The notes beneath the pieces were generated by a model, which did not search any database, was not told the origin of the DNA, and saw only the letters and a program-made list of their open reading frames with translations. Below, piece after piece: positions 13,399 to 26,677 of a DNA stretch of 64,000 nt (positions within the stretch are counted from its first letter, which is position 1; each line of letters opens with the position of its first letter). The stretch is taken from assembly GCA_043228905.1 (NCBI GenBank), contig JBHGNT010000013.1:9424001-9488000 (forward strand), given 5' to 3'. Source of the stretch: Azolla caroliniana. Its lineage: Eukaryota; Plantae; Polypodiophyta. A program made the position numbers and the translations under genes.

Positions 13399-14262
13399 TT
13401 GAGCGAGTGGTCGAAAGAGTCGGTCATTTCAAGGGGGACAAAGCCCCATTCTACTTGGAAGCCTACAACACAAAAGTGGAGGTGTGAGGCATTGAGGCTA
13501 GAGTTCTTCTGTCGGGTCGTCGCCGTCCATATGCACGCGGAAGTAAAGGAGCTCCGAGAAGCTCATAGTTCGTGGGAGGCCTTCGAAGAGGCGCTCCTGC
13601 AGGCATACGGAGGACGATTGAAGAGTCGGGGACGACGCGACTTCGACCAGTGGGTTGCATTGGCAAAGACCCACCGGGGTGCAACGAAGGCATTCCAGGA
13701 GTTCAAGCGGCACTTTACTCGGTTCTCAAAGCGGGAACAAAGACTGGTGGGGGTGGACAAAGTCCTATTGTTCGTTAGGTCAATTGACAGAGAAGAAAGG
13801 GAGGACATCGGAACCGAGCTCGAAGATGACAACAGAGCGAATGGCCTTATTGAGGATTGGTCGGAAGTCGAACAAGTATGCCGACGGTTGGATGAGGAGC
13901 AGTCCGCGAAAACTAAAGGGAAGATAGTGCGCGATGGCGCGTCTTCACAGCAGGAAGTGGGCACACAACAAGAAGGATCAGCGAAGCTCGATGTCGAGGC
14001 CCTAGTCCAGGAAGCGTACGAGGCTCTAAAGGCGATGGTCGAGGAAGAGGAGATAATCGGCGCGCAGTCGGATTCCAGTGATCTGGAGCTAGTCGGCCTT
14101 CCGGACGAGGCAGACATGGCCCATGTGGAGGCTGAAGGACGGTACCACGGTAGCACGGGAGAGGGTGCAGAGTGCGACACCCTCTCAACTTGCGGAGAAA
14201 GACCAACCAAATATAAGGTCGAATTCGGGGAGATAACGATCATGGGTTTGGAAAGAGACTAG
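13399..14262 (+). pseudogene. Gag-like ORF of element B
   Basis: WEAFEEALL..DKVLLFVRSID..LEDDNRANGLIEDW aligns by eye with gag of elements C and F (WSKFEKVIL..DKTLCFLKAVD..LDDDTRANGL). Confidence 0.7.
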
Positions 14263-14915
14263 TGGTTTCGGGCACTGTTGCCTGAAACTCCAGACATTGG
14301 AGAAGCAATCCAGGCGGGGGTTGCGGAATCGAAGATGCATTGCAAATGGCCAATGAGAAGGCCAAGCACAGAGCCGCGGTGGAGCAAAATATAGAAACAA
14401 AAGGCGGCGCCGAAGGGAGTGGAGTCCGAAGTCGGCCCGACCGGCAGCCAATCTAGGCATGGATCGTTCATCCGAAACCGGGCCGAAATGCGGAGAACAA
14501 CGGAGGGCAAACGGACCAATCAGGCGAAGTAGATGTTCCTCGGAGTAGAACACCATTACTAAAGGATGCGGAGGACACCAAACCGGAGGGGACCGACTTG
14601 AGAGTCGGGAAAAATGTGTGCCGACCCGAAGATAATACACAATGAAGAGCGGAACGAGAATCGTGCAATATGGTCATGTAAGGGCCGAGTAGTGAGCACA
14701 GAGGGGATCGACGGTGACAGGGAGAAATGGAAGAGTTGGTTGACTGAAGTATGGGTCCTCCACACTCATTCCCGAGTCTTAGGCGGTTGCGTCTGAGAAC
14801 CTACAAAAGACCTAAGAGACGGAAAGTGGCGGCAAGGATGCGGAGGTCACGGCCAATGCAAGTGATGAAAGCGGAGGATGGAGCGTGGGGCAGAACGGTG
14901 GTTCTATGGGTCACC

Positions 14916-15968
14916 TCACACCGGGCTAGAGACTTCAGGTCGGCATCAGGAGCCAACGTAAGACCAAGATACTGACGGTGGTGGCAGGAGAACGGGATCT
15001 GGTACTACGGAGAGAAATCGGACGAGCCCGGATGAGAACTGGAGGAGTGGACTTCCAGATAATTGATCCGGAAGGGAGGAGGAAACAGGCCTATGAAGGG
15101 GCCGGGAGCACGGTACGACGGAACCACGGAGAGGGTGTGGAGCTAGTCACCCTCTCAACACTCGGAGATGGACGACCCGGAGGAAGGGTCGGGAGAGACG
15201 GGAGGCCCACGGAGGATCTTCCACACCGGACTAGAGACTTCGGCGGTCATCATCGGGAGCCGACGTAAGACCAAGATACTGACGGTGGCGGTGAGGGGAC
15301 GATGGCATTGGTTGCAAAAGGCGAGTAGGATCCTACGAGGGGACCGAAAATGCAGAAAGGAGGTGTAAGGCCGGCAATGTGACCACAGACCGGAACCGGA
15401 CCCGATCAGCAGGGTTAGAAGGACGAAGATCAGACGCGCTTGATGCACGAGGCGGTGGCTGAGTCATATCGGAGGCCAAAGAAGGATCCTCCACACCGAG
15501 CTAGAGACTTCGGCCGTCGGGAGCGGGAGCCGATGTAAGACCAAGAGACCGACGGTGGCAATGAGGGGACGAAGGCGGTAGCAGCAAAGGCACCGAGCAA
15601 CCAAGGTGTCACGGGGACGTCGGAGGCCAAGCGGGCTGAAACGGACGAGGGTGATCCTTCGCAAGTAGCACACGGGAAGCTACCAAGGACACCCAAGCGG
15701 AGAACGGTGTGCCAAGCTGGAAGGGCACACCCAGAAGCAGAACGAGAGACGTGCGTGTGGTCGTCGAGGGCCAAGGTAAAGGCACGGAGAAAGACCGGAG
15801 TTCTGCATGGGTCACGAGAGTACGGGCGCGAAGACAAATTGCACGGGTCAATGGCCTCAAGTGAAGCAGGCCAGACAAGGATCCTCCACACTGATTCTTG
15901 AGACCTCGGTAGTTCAGTCGTGGTGGCAATGTAAGACCGAGGAGAAGGAAAGTGGCAGTGAGGGGACA
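14916..15968 (+). repeat. Four dispersed about 70-90 bp direct repeats in the internal region of element B
   Basis: ggatc(t/c)tccacaccg.gctagagacttcgg..gtaagaccaaga..gacggtggc near 14916, 15213, 15484 and 15879. Confidence 0.75.
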
Positions 15969-18900
15969 AAGGCAATAACGAACAACGACACCGAGAGAGT
16001 AATCAAGGCATTGCAAAGATTGGCGGAGGCCAAGCAAGCCACTACGGGGTGTTCCTCATACGCAGAGGGGGAAGCGAGGAGCGTGCGTACGGTCGATCAA
16101 GGGCCACGGTACGAGCACACGTACGAGAGAAGATTGTTTCAAATGACCTGTTGACAGAACGATCGAGCCTACGGAGGGGCGAGTGCGAGGAAGGAACCGG
16201 AGCCGACGGTTTGGACCGGCGGAGGCCAACACGGTAGCTAGAATGTGGATTACGAAAGGCCCGTTGCTCACTACAGCTGGAATCTCTCGCCCTTCTTCAA
16301 ATTTGGCGCGTACCGATGGAAGTTCGGTTTGGTGGGGGCGGATGTCGTGGAAATTCACGGTCATAGTGAGAAAACTAAGGCTAATGGGAATATCGGCGGG
16401 GTGCGGCATGAGCGCTCACCCTTGTATACACGTGTAAGATAATGGGGGTGCCTTTATGGTGTAGAATAGGAGTTAAGTTGGGACAAAGAATCCCATGTAA
16501 TACAAGATCTATCCCACATTGTTACACACCTCCATCCTTGTGCTATAAAAGGAAGGGAGAGTCCCTTGTAAAAAGGGTTGCCCATTTTCAGTTAGGAGGG
16601 TATACCACTTAGGTCCAAGGGTTTTGTTGAGGTCTTCTTCATCGTCGTCGTATGGATTGAGTCTTTTCTGTCTGTCAAGGTTTTAGTCCGGTAAAGAGCT
16701 CGTATGTCCTAGGGGGGGGTTTCGCTTTTGCTCTGTCTCCTGTGCAAGACCCCGCCCAACGCAAAGAGCCCGAGAGCTCCCCGATCGGCATCTTGGCATC
16801 AAATTGTTGTTGTGACCTAATCTACCTTAGACTGGCTCGAATACGGAGTTGTATCTTGCTCTTGTAATTATATATATGATGGGTTGTGTATTTCTGTGTC
16901 TCTTTTGGTATCGGGTGTGTTTCTTTCTTTCCGATTTTTGTACATAAGAAAGCTTCTGCGTGTCTGTGTCGGCGTCGGTGTCTTTAGTGTCTTGTATCCC
17001 ACGGGTGCACGTGTTGTGATGTATGCGCGTGTGTGAGCGTGCATGTGAGCACGGTGAACCGCATCGTAGTCCACGTACTTATTATTATGCGTATAAATAT
17101 ATATACACAAATATCTATCGGGCCTTCTGTACATACGGCGCGCAAAGGGTCAGCTGGTGTGCATACCGTGTACGGGCGTGCTCATCGTCTACGCGTTCTG
17201 GTCATATTCCGGGACACGCCCGGATCGGTTGTTTTCGGGTAGCATCCGGAACCGTTCCAGCCGGAGTCTCGACGGCATATCCGGCTCTAGAGAACTCGAC
17301 CTTCCGGAAACCCATCTCTCCCCGGTTCAAGACCCCGGTGGTCCTGCCCGGATCCGACACGTACACGCGGATTTCCGCGACAACGTTGTGCTCACTGAGC
17401 ACTTTTTATACAAGCCCCTAACAAGTGGGTTGACACAAGTACCGTCAGTACTTGAATGCTCATAAGTGAGCCTAAAACTAATTATGCCTACAATATTCCT
17501 ATCTACTATAATAGGAATATAGGCGTTCAACGACCTCTTTGGAATTCTTCCGACTCGGCCCACCCGAGTCGAACTTTCTTCGATTCGGCTCCCAACTCTC
17601 GGCCCTTGGCTCTCGGCCCTCGACTTCTTCAATCGATTCTATCCATGTTGATTTTGTCTCTCAACACTCCCCCTCAAGCTCAAGTTGAGGCCCCTCCGTG
17701 TTAGTTTCAGTTGGTTCATCATTCCATCCTCTTCTCCTGGCATCTCGATGCCTTTTTCGTGCTCCTCGTCCAGTTCAGCCTTGCGTCCCATGACCCCTTC
17801 GGACCGGCGCTCCTCGGCCTGTCCAGTTCCGCACACTTCGACCCTTACGATCGGCTTGTCTGATTCCAAGGCCCTTGTCAGCTCCCTTACTGTCACGGTA
17901 TTGGCGCCTCGACCCTCTCGACTCCTCCATGTCGGCGTCTGCTTCGACTGCCTCCTCGTCCGCTTGGCCTCTATGTAATTCGGCTCGTCCGAATCACCTT
18001 CCATGATCGAATCGTCTAGTTCTGATTCGTTCCAACTCTTGTCTGAGTTGGTTGTCTCCAATTCGTCCTCCTTAAGGCCCTTGACCACATCTGCCCATGT
18101 GTTGGCCTTGGCCTTTGCTCGGCCGGCTCTATCATTTTCAACTCTGCCACCTTTCTTGCCTCTTCTTAGCCGATCTTTTTCCATCTGTCCATCCGAACGT
18201 TCTGACTTCTTCGGTCGTGTCGAAATCGAATTCTACATCCGATTTGGTTCTTCTTTGGACTTCATCTCTCTCCTTTTCGGCTTCACTCTTGCCCCTCCAG
18301 TTCAGCATATTGAGGCGTTGGATGCCAAGCATGTCCGAGAATTGCCGCAACTTGTCTAGGCCAAGAGGTTTGGTGAAGGTATGGGCAACTTGCCGATCGG
18401 TCGGAACATACACTAGTTCGACTACACCGGAGAGGACATGCTCACAGACAAAATGATAGTGCACCTCGATATGCTTTTTCCGGGTGTGCAGGACAGGGTT
18501 CTTCGATAATTGGATGTTGCTAAGGTTGTTGCAGAATACGATTGTCGGCTCAAACACCTCTACATGTAGATCCTTTAGTAGCCTTTTGAGCCAAATGGCT
18601 TCGCACGTGGCGACAACCGTCCCTCGATACTCGGCCTCAGTGCTCGACAATGCCACTATTGGCTGCTTTTTACAGCTCTAGGCAATTTCGGCGCTTCCCA
18701 GTGAAAACATGAACCCAAACGCGGACCTGCGATTGCTTGCACTTCCGACCCAATCGACATCTGTGTAGCCGACTAAATCTTCAGATACTCCTGCCCGATA
18801 CAACAATGCCCTATCCTTAGTGCCATAGACATATCGCAATATCCTTTGCGCACACTAAAGGTGTTTTCTCTTTTGCTGTGACATGAATTGACTAATCAGG

Positions 18901-20916
18901 CCGACTGGGTAGCTGAGGTTTGGCCGAGTGATTGTCAAATAAATAAGGCTCCCGACATTTTGTCGGAACCGTGTCCGATCGCACACCTCTCCCGAATCTC
19001 GGCGAAGCTTTATGTTTCTATCCAGAGGGGTTGAGATGGACTTACAACCCGTCATCCCGAACTTGAAGAGCATATTCAATGCATAATGGCGTTGGCTGAT
19101 CAATATGCCTTCGGGGGTTCAAATGACTTCAATCCCGAGGAAGTAATGAAGGTCCCCCAGATCCTTCATGTCGAATGATGCCGCAAATTGAGACTTTACT
19201 CGGCTGATTTCTCCGAGGTCAGCACCGGTGATGACTAGATCATCCACATATAGTGGCGGAAGGCTAATCAGTCCATTCCGACTCGGTCGAATGAACAATG
19301 AAGAGTCTGATTTTGACAGACCAAACCCCATCTTATGCAACCTTTGCGCGATCTTTGCGTTCCAAGCACACAGGCTTGCTTCAGTTCATACAACGACTTC
19401 TTCAATCGGCAAACTGCCGAGGTGTTTCGTTCGGATAGAAATCTGGGGGGTTATACCATGTACACCTGTTACTCAAGATTGCCTTGCCGGAACGCGTTCT
19501 TTACATCCATTTGATTTAAGTGCCACCCCTTTGCCACTGCTACCACTAGCAATACACAGACAGTTGTCATCTCCACGATCGGCACGAAGGTCTCATCGTA
19601 ATCGATGCCGTGTTTCTACGCATAGCCCTTCGCCACTAATCGGGCCTTATGTCGGTTCATTGAGCCATCGGCGTTGAACTTGACCTTGTACACCCACCTG
19701 CATCCGATCAGCTTCACACCCTGCTTCAACCAAGTCCCAAGTCTCGTTCTCCGTTAGTGCGCACATCTCTTCCTCCATAACGGCACGCCAATCCGCATCC
19801 TTAGCCGCTTCTGCGTAGCTCTCTGGCTCACGCACATTTGCCACCTTCACCATATATGCATAATGATACGCCATATACTCATTGTACCCATATCAGTGTC
19901 GTGAAGATTTTCGGCGATAGTGTGAAACTTGTGAGGAACATACGAAATTGAGTGTGGTTCTTCTCACGAAATATAAAACAATAATAGTGAAGATACTATT
20001 TTAAATAAGTTTAATATCTTGGTACAAAAAAGATGAAGGTCTTGAAGAGCTTTTGAATGCACTTTGCTACATAACAAACGATCAACTAAGTGTGAAGTTA
20101 TGTGGATATGAAGTGTGAAGCTTGCAAGGTTTTGGCCAACCAAAACCGAGGCGGCGGCAATCGGCGAGGCAGTCGGCATCCGGCATTCGGCGACCAGCGG
20201 TGGCAACCGGTGCCCAGCCGGTGACAGAATCGGCTCGGGATGCGGCGACCCGCTAGGGATGCGGACCAAACGAGTGCAAATCGGATGGATTGGTTGATCG
20301 CGGTGCATGGTGTCTTAAAGATATTTGGTGTAATTACAAAGCCAAAAGCCTAATAGTATTTTGTGCTTTAAAAAGAGATGTATGCAAGACTTGAACATTG
20401 CACCTCCAAGTTGAGAGTCTATAGGCTTACCATTAAGCCAAATCATTTCTTTAGGGATATATTTTTTATCACTATACTTTTACATGTAATTCTCATACAT
20501 GAGAGCTTAGATGATGACATGGCAAGCATGCATTGCATGCATTCCGTGCATGTCTTGCACCCTCACATGCACCATATGCATGGGGGCATCTATAAAAGAG
20601 TGGAGGAATCAAGCAAGTGGGGACTAGTGTAAATTTTGGGGAAAATAATAAGAAAACTCGTTATCCTATTGATATATCTTGTCTCTCAAATCTAAAGTCA
20701 AGCGTTCAATCTTTATCTTAATCTCTCTCTCTTTCAATCTATCTTAAATACTTTCTCACTAAAGCTAGTTCAAACTTCAAATCCTTCCGGTCTAGGACCC
20801 CGGTGGTTCCGCCTCACGATCCGCACCTTGTGACAGATCTTCACGACATAATTAAGTGGTGAACCCAACGTGAGGCGGTAGGAAGGATCAAGTCAAGGAT
20901 CAACTGATACTTGGAG

Positions 20917-23096
20917 ATGGTGTCCTCAAGCAATCAAGCGGGAGAGTTCGAAAGGATGATGATAATCGTTGAACAAATGATGAGATCTTGAGACAACGAT
21001 GTGAGCATGGAGAAGGCCGTCAACCGTGTCGTAGAGCTCGAGGTTCAATTTGATGGAAGGAACGTTACAAAGTTCCTTGACGCACACAAAAGGGAGATGA
21101 AGCAAAGGGATGTGTCTGAAGCGCGGCAAATCACAAGTTTCAAGAGAGTGGTCGCCAACAACATCCAAAGACGTGTCATTGAACTTCAAGAAGGTAAGAC
21201 AACATGGTCCAAGTTCGAGAAAGTGATATTAACGGGGTTCACAATGGAAGACTCGACATGCCCTGATGAAGTGGATAGAGAAGAAGAATAAGAAGATGAG
21301 TGCCTCGAGCGTGTACGACGAATTCAACCAGATGTTTAATCGTCTCCCTAATACGGACCAAGTGTTGCTTGAGGACAAGACTTTATGCTTCTTGAAAGCC
21401 GTGGACATGAAGGATAGACGATAATTGGGGACTCTTCTCGATGACGATACCCGGGCAAATGGGCTTGTAGCGGACTAGATCGCGGTGAAGCAAGCGTGCA
21501 ATAGGCGCGACAAGCATCGTCAATCGGTTGATGACACCGACTTGGCGGGATCGACTGTCACGGAGAAAACGAGACAACCGAAAGTAGTTGAGCTGCCCAA
21601 ACAAAGTAACCCGGAAGAAAACAAGATTGACGACGACATCATTGAAGAACTAGCAAAGAAGTTCGAGATGGTCACGCTAGCCAACATGAATCCTCGAGGG
21701 CTCAAAGGAAAAGAACCCTTTAGATGTGTGTGGTGCGATAGCATGGACCACATGAGAAGAGATTGTTCGAGCCTTCGAGACACCATTCGACAAAATATCG
21801 TGTACATGGATGGCAACATGATCTGCACGAGTGAGACTAGGAGACCCCTGCGAGTGAATTTCGGAAGAGGGGGAATGAAGAAAGCTATGGAGGATGCCGA
21901 GGCGTCTCATGTGGATGCAATGCACTATGCTGCGTTGGCCGGAATAAGAGTCGGGAAAGACAAAAATGAAGTTGCAAAAGTGGCAGCAAAGTTTTGGTCT
22001 TCTGTTCTCAAGTATGAGAAGATGGGGAAGGTCACATCGAATGGGGTAGAGCTTGCGGACCGAAGCGTGCAAAGCATCCGGGTGGTCAGATTTGGTGGAT
22101 GACAACACCATACTCGCGGAAGTGATGTGCGACAACCATGAGGTGTTCGTCGAAGAAAAGAGAAAAAGAATATAAGAGCAAGGCCCATCAAAAAGACATG
22201 AAACAAGGAACACGAAAAAGAAAGAAGATGTAGAAACAAGTCGAGCTTTACAAATGGAGGAAGGAGACGCTAGCCGAAAAGCGGAGTCAATCAAACGAGT
22301 CAAAGAAACGGTTCAGCCCATGAAGATTGGTGTCGAAGACCCCGCTCGAAAGACAAGGACTATGCCTACCTATAAGCTAAGGTCAGACATAGAGCAGACG
22401 ACAGACCTGAAGAAGATTCTTGAGGAACACATTCTTGACGGCCAAGTGACTTTGTCCTTGAGGGAATTACTCGGCATTATGAAGAAGGAGTTCCATGACA
22501 CGATCGTGGACCTTGTAAAAAGAAAGAGGCAACAATCGGACGAAGAAGAAGAGAAGCCACAAAAAGCAAAGACAAATGCCAAAACGATGGCAAGGGACGA
22601 AGTCGATGAAGATATGGTGGACAGCCACTATACTCAACCTCATTGGGCACGAGCGACAACGAAGATGCCGATGAAGATCGGGGAGAAGAAAGAGACTGTG
22701 GTAGCCTTGATCAACCATGGCTCGGAAATCAACCTCATGTCAACCGAGTTCAACAAAAAAGGAAGATGGCCAATCAATACAAACCACGGATGGAAGATTC
22801 GAGCAGCAACAAAGTCTACGGAGGACTTGTATGGAGCTTGTCCCAATTTTAAAGTCACGATCGGGGATGTGGAGATGGATCAACACTTCTTCGTGCAAGA
22901 ATCAGCATCGCATCCTGTCATCCTAGGACAAACGTATATCACATCATCCTGGATGGAGACCAAGGTGTTCGATAATGGAGCAGCCTTCGCGCGAATCAAG
23001 AGTCTTGACAATCAAAGATCTGTTCAATTCCTAATGGTGCGAGCTAATCATGAAAGAAATCGAGATAGTCTTGGAGGCGAATCCCTGGATTTTTAG
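20917..23096 (+). pseudogene. Gag-protease of element F
   Basis: ORFs 21001, 21485 (CVWCDSMDH..C knuckle) and 22254 (ALINHGSEINLM, aspartic protease motif with D to N; VILGQ). Ends at GGATTTTTAG. Confidence 0.85.
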
Positions 23097-23149
23097 AGCG
23101 GACTATTGAAGCATGGGGCACAAATAGTCTGAGCGATCACAAGTCCCCA
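23087..23149 (+). promoter_or_regulatory. Predicted -1 programmed ribosomal frameshift signal (G GAT TTT slippery site plus H-type pseudoknot)
   Basis: Heptamer 23087-23093 directly before the gag-PR stop. Stem 1 pairs 23099-23107 with 23123-23131; stem 2 pairs 23114-23118 with 23145-23149. The -1 frame is open into the pol ORF. Confidence 0.6.
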
Positions 23150-25797
23150 CAAGGGAGTAGAGCGCGTGGATTGCGAGGAGAAGCAACATGTGTCACACCT
23201 AGTGGTGCATGTAAACTAGTACTACCCGACAAGAAGGACAAGCGTCAAATACAAGACTTCGAGAAGATGCTGAAAGAAGAAAACATAATAGAAAAAGAAG
23301 AGTGCATGACTCATATTATGGAAGAAGCCTCATTTAACGACACCATCGGCGAAATCGAGGATGTTGTGGACTTGAGCTATCTACACGATCATCACGTGAT
23401 TTCGGTTAGCTCCATCAACATGTACGCTATCATCGATGAATATCATCGAAACATCTTGATGAAGGAAGCTGACATCAACACAAAATATAAAACGGTGGAT
23501 AGGAAGATCAAGCCAGTTGCGGTTCCGCTACTGAAAAATAGCTGGCAAAAGATGAAGGAAGTCACTAACGATCCAAGCTTAAGAGATCCAAAGACAATAG
23601 GTCATGTCTTCACCGAAGAGATGAAGAGGAAGCTACGAGTTGGAAGGGAGGATTTCCTTCTCCCTGAAGAGGAGTGAATGTTTCGCGACATGCTTGAGGG
23701 ACATGGGAAGGCTTTCGCATTTTTCCCACGAGAAATCGGATGTGCTAATCCAAGGACGATAGAGCCGATGGTAATCTTCATGGTGCCGCATGTGCCTTGG
23801 AATTTGAAACCGATACCAGTTCCGAGAGCACATCTACCGAAGCTGATCGAGCTCTTAAAGGAGAAGGTGAATATGGGAATTTTGGAACCATCGAATGCTC
23901 CTTACTCTAATAGGTGGTTCACGGTGCTGAAGAAGAATGGATCATTGCGATTCATCCAAGATCTTCAACCCGTCAACAAGGTACCAATTCGAAATGCTGG
24001 AATCGGTCCGAGCGTGGACGAATTTGCCGAGGCGTTTGCAGGCGGTCCATCTACTCCATTGGCGATCTCTACTCCGGATATGACCAATTCCAGTTGGCAA
24101 TCGACAATCGTGACATTACGACCATGAGGACTCCGATTGGGCTCGTGCAGATGTGTACCTTACCTCAAGGTGTAACGAACTCGGTGGCTCATATGGTGAA
24201 TGCCATGAACAAGGTCTTAAAGGATGGAATCTCGGACATCACGATGCCATTCTTGGATGATATTCCAATAAAAGGATGTTCAGATGAATCGAAAGATAAG
24301 GAAGGGTGTAGAAAGTTCATCGCGGATCATATGAAAGATTGCGAGAAGGTGCTTCAAAGACTCGAAGATGCAAATTTGACATTTTCGGGAGAAAAATCTG
24401 CATTCGGGCAACCAGAGATCTTGGTGGTAGGTCACTTGTGTGGAGCCGATTTATGTGACTGTAGATACGAGCCCAACCGGAATCGGGTGGGTCCTCAATA
24501 AAGAAGGAGAAGATAATGCGCAGTATGTCATCCAGTTTGGAGCAAAGGTTCTCAACGAACGACAACGAGGATACGCCCAAGTCAAACGGGAACTTTGGGG
24601 TATTATGTCGGCAGTGAAGATAGACAAAGACTACCTGATTGGGTTGGAAGTGATAATTGAGACAAATTGTCTCCCAATCCTCGAGATGATCTCAGGATGT
24701 GCGACACCAGATCTAGCTATGCTAAGGTGGAGATCGCTTATATTAAATCTTTAAACCCAGAGATCCACCACATTGTAGGAAAGAAGAACACCATGGGTGA
24801 CATGCTATCGAGGGCAAGATTTGAGAATGAACGTGACATGGTTTTGGAAGATGAAGACGTCACCCTCGACTTCTTCAAGATGGCTCGACTATCGGCGGAA
24901 GAAAAGGGCACGCTAACCCTCCACGCCTTCAACGAGGACGAGTACGAAGGGAAGTGGTTACTAATCGGAAGATTCCTAAGAACAATGACGACGGATGCTT
25001 CGTTGACGAAGGAGGAGGCCCTACAAATCCGGAAGAAAGCTTACCAATACTTCTTGAAGGGAGGATTCCTTTGGCGACACCCAAAAAGAAGGACAAGAAT
25101 ACCACCTCGAGTGGTGGTGAAGAAAGAAGAGCAAGTGACGCTAATGACCGAATTCCACGAGAGTGCCTGGGCAGGTCATAGAGGAATATGTGCGACATTC
25201 GAGAAGTTGAAGGAGAAGTACTGGTGGCCAAGCATGTACAAAGATGTACTCCATTTCGTGTCCACATGCGAAACATGCCAAGTACATTCAAATATACATC
25301 ATCGTGATGAGCTACGACCGACATACCCGCTCACCATACACTTCAAGTGGATGGTGGATCTGGTCTCAATGCCAATGGGAGTGGGACAAATGAAATACTT
25401 GGCTCTGGCAAGAGAAGACTTGACAAATCAAGTAGAATGACGGGTCTTGACAAATAAGACGACGTCGGTTGTTTGCAAATTTCTACTCGAAGAGGTTGTC
25501 TACCGATACGGATGTGTGGGAAAGATAGTCGTCGACCGAGAGGAGTTGGATGCACACGAAGCAATGGAGCTTTTCGAACGACTAGGCGTGAAGCTCTCCC
25601 TCACGACTGCCTACAATCCAGAAGCGAATGGGAAGATCGTGCGAGGGCATGGACCTATCGTCAAAGCCATCGTACAAGCATGCAACGGTCGAGTCGGGAA
25701 TTGGCCACAACTATTGCCCTATGCCTTGTGGGCTGACAGAACGACACACAGCTCAGTGACAGGGTATATGCCAATGGAGCTTATGTATGGACAAAAT

Positions 25798-26677
25798 TGA
25801 CAGGAACTGTACGCTCCTTCTACGCAACGCTCGGCCACAACCGAGCTTAGAATCATACACAGAAAAACGGGAAATAAACACGACACAGAGAAGAGAAGAG
25901 TACACAGGATGTTTACGTGGAAAACCCCAAACTAGGGAAAAAACCACGGCAGCCCACAGGCTGCAAACTATCACTATGTTAGAATGTACAATAGTGAGTT
26001 CACGGAGGCAACGACCTCATGCTCACGATCTTCGCCACAGGCGGCGGTTACAACAGAGGCAACGACCTCTTTCTCTCTCTCTCTCTCTCTGTACACGGTT
26101 ACGCGCTATCTCTCTTCTTGCACCAACAAGAATAACAACAACACTAAAAGTGTTCCCTAAGTCATATTTATACTAATATGACTTTTTGGCTATTTACAAA
26201 TATAGCCTCTATGGATTCTCAAAAACATATTTACGAATATGTCTCTTCATCTGGTTCTCACTGGGTCTGCACCATCCGGCTCTCCGTAGCCGGGTACTCC
26301 TCATCCGGTTCTCACCGGGTCTGCACCATCCGGCTCTCCGTAGTCGGGTACTCCTCATCCGGTTCTCACCGGGTCTGCACCATCCGACTCTCCGTAGCCG
26401 GGTACTCCTCATCCGGTTCTCACCGGGTCTGCACCATCTGGCTCTCCGTAGTCGGGCACTCCTCATCTGGTTCTCACCGGGTCTACACCATCCGGCTCTC
26501 CGTAGCCGGGTACTCCTCATCCGGTTCTCACCGGGTCTACACCATCCGGTACTCCGTAGCCGGGTACTCCTCATCCGGTTCTCACCGGGTCTACACCATC
26601 CGGTTTCGGCCTCGACCGAGTTTGTTCATCGGCACTGTTCTTCTCCCTTCCCATCCGGAGGGACCTGTCTCCCAACA
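25798..26677 (-). mobile_element. Solo LTR G (Copia family of the 62576 element) inserted in the integrase of F
   Basis: TG..CA ends, perfect 5-bp TSD AAAAT (25793-25797 / 26678-26682), and reverse complement of LTR 62576-63250. Confidence 0.92.
26247..26603. repeat. 54-bp tandem repeat (about 6.6 copies) in solo LTR G
   Basis: tcatccggttctcaccgggtctgcaccatccggctctccgtagccgggtactcc at 26247, 26301, 26355, 26409, 26463, 26517 and 26571. Confidence 0.95.

Larger units (their letters stand above)
12990..17382 (+). mobile_element. Non-autonomous Ty3/Gypsy element B (gag-like ORF only, no pol); 5' LTR truncated by element C
   Basis: Partial 5' LTR 12990-13263 matches 17064-17382. tRNA-Trp PBS at 13268-13284, PPT-like ggtgggggcgga at 16331-16342, 3' LTR 16343-17382. 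Confidence 0.85.

Noticed and set aside
14185-16442. Many overlapping ORFs on both strands
   Set aside because: GC-rich repetitive interior of element B; no recognisable domains.
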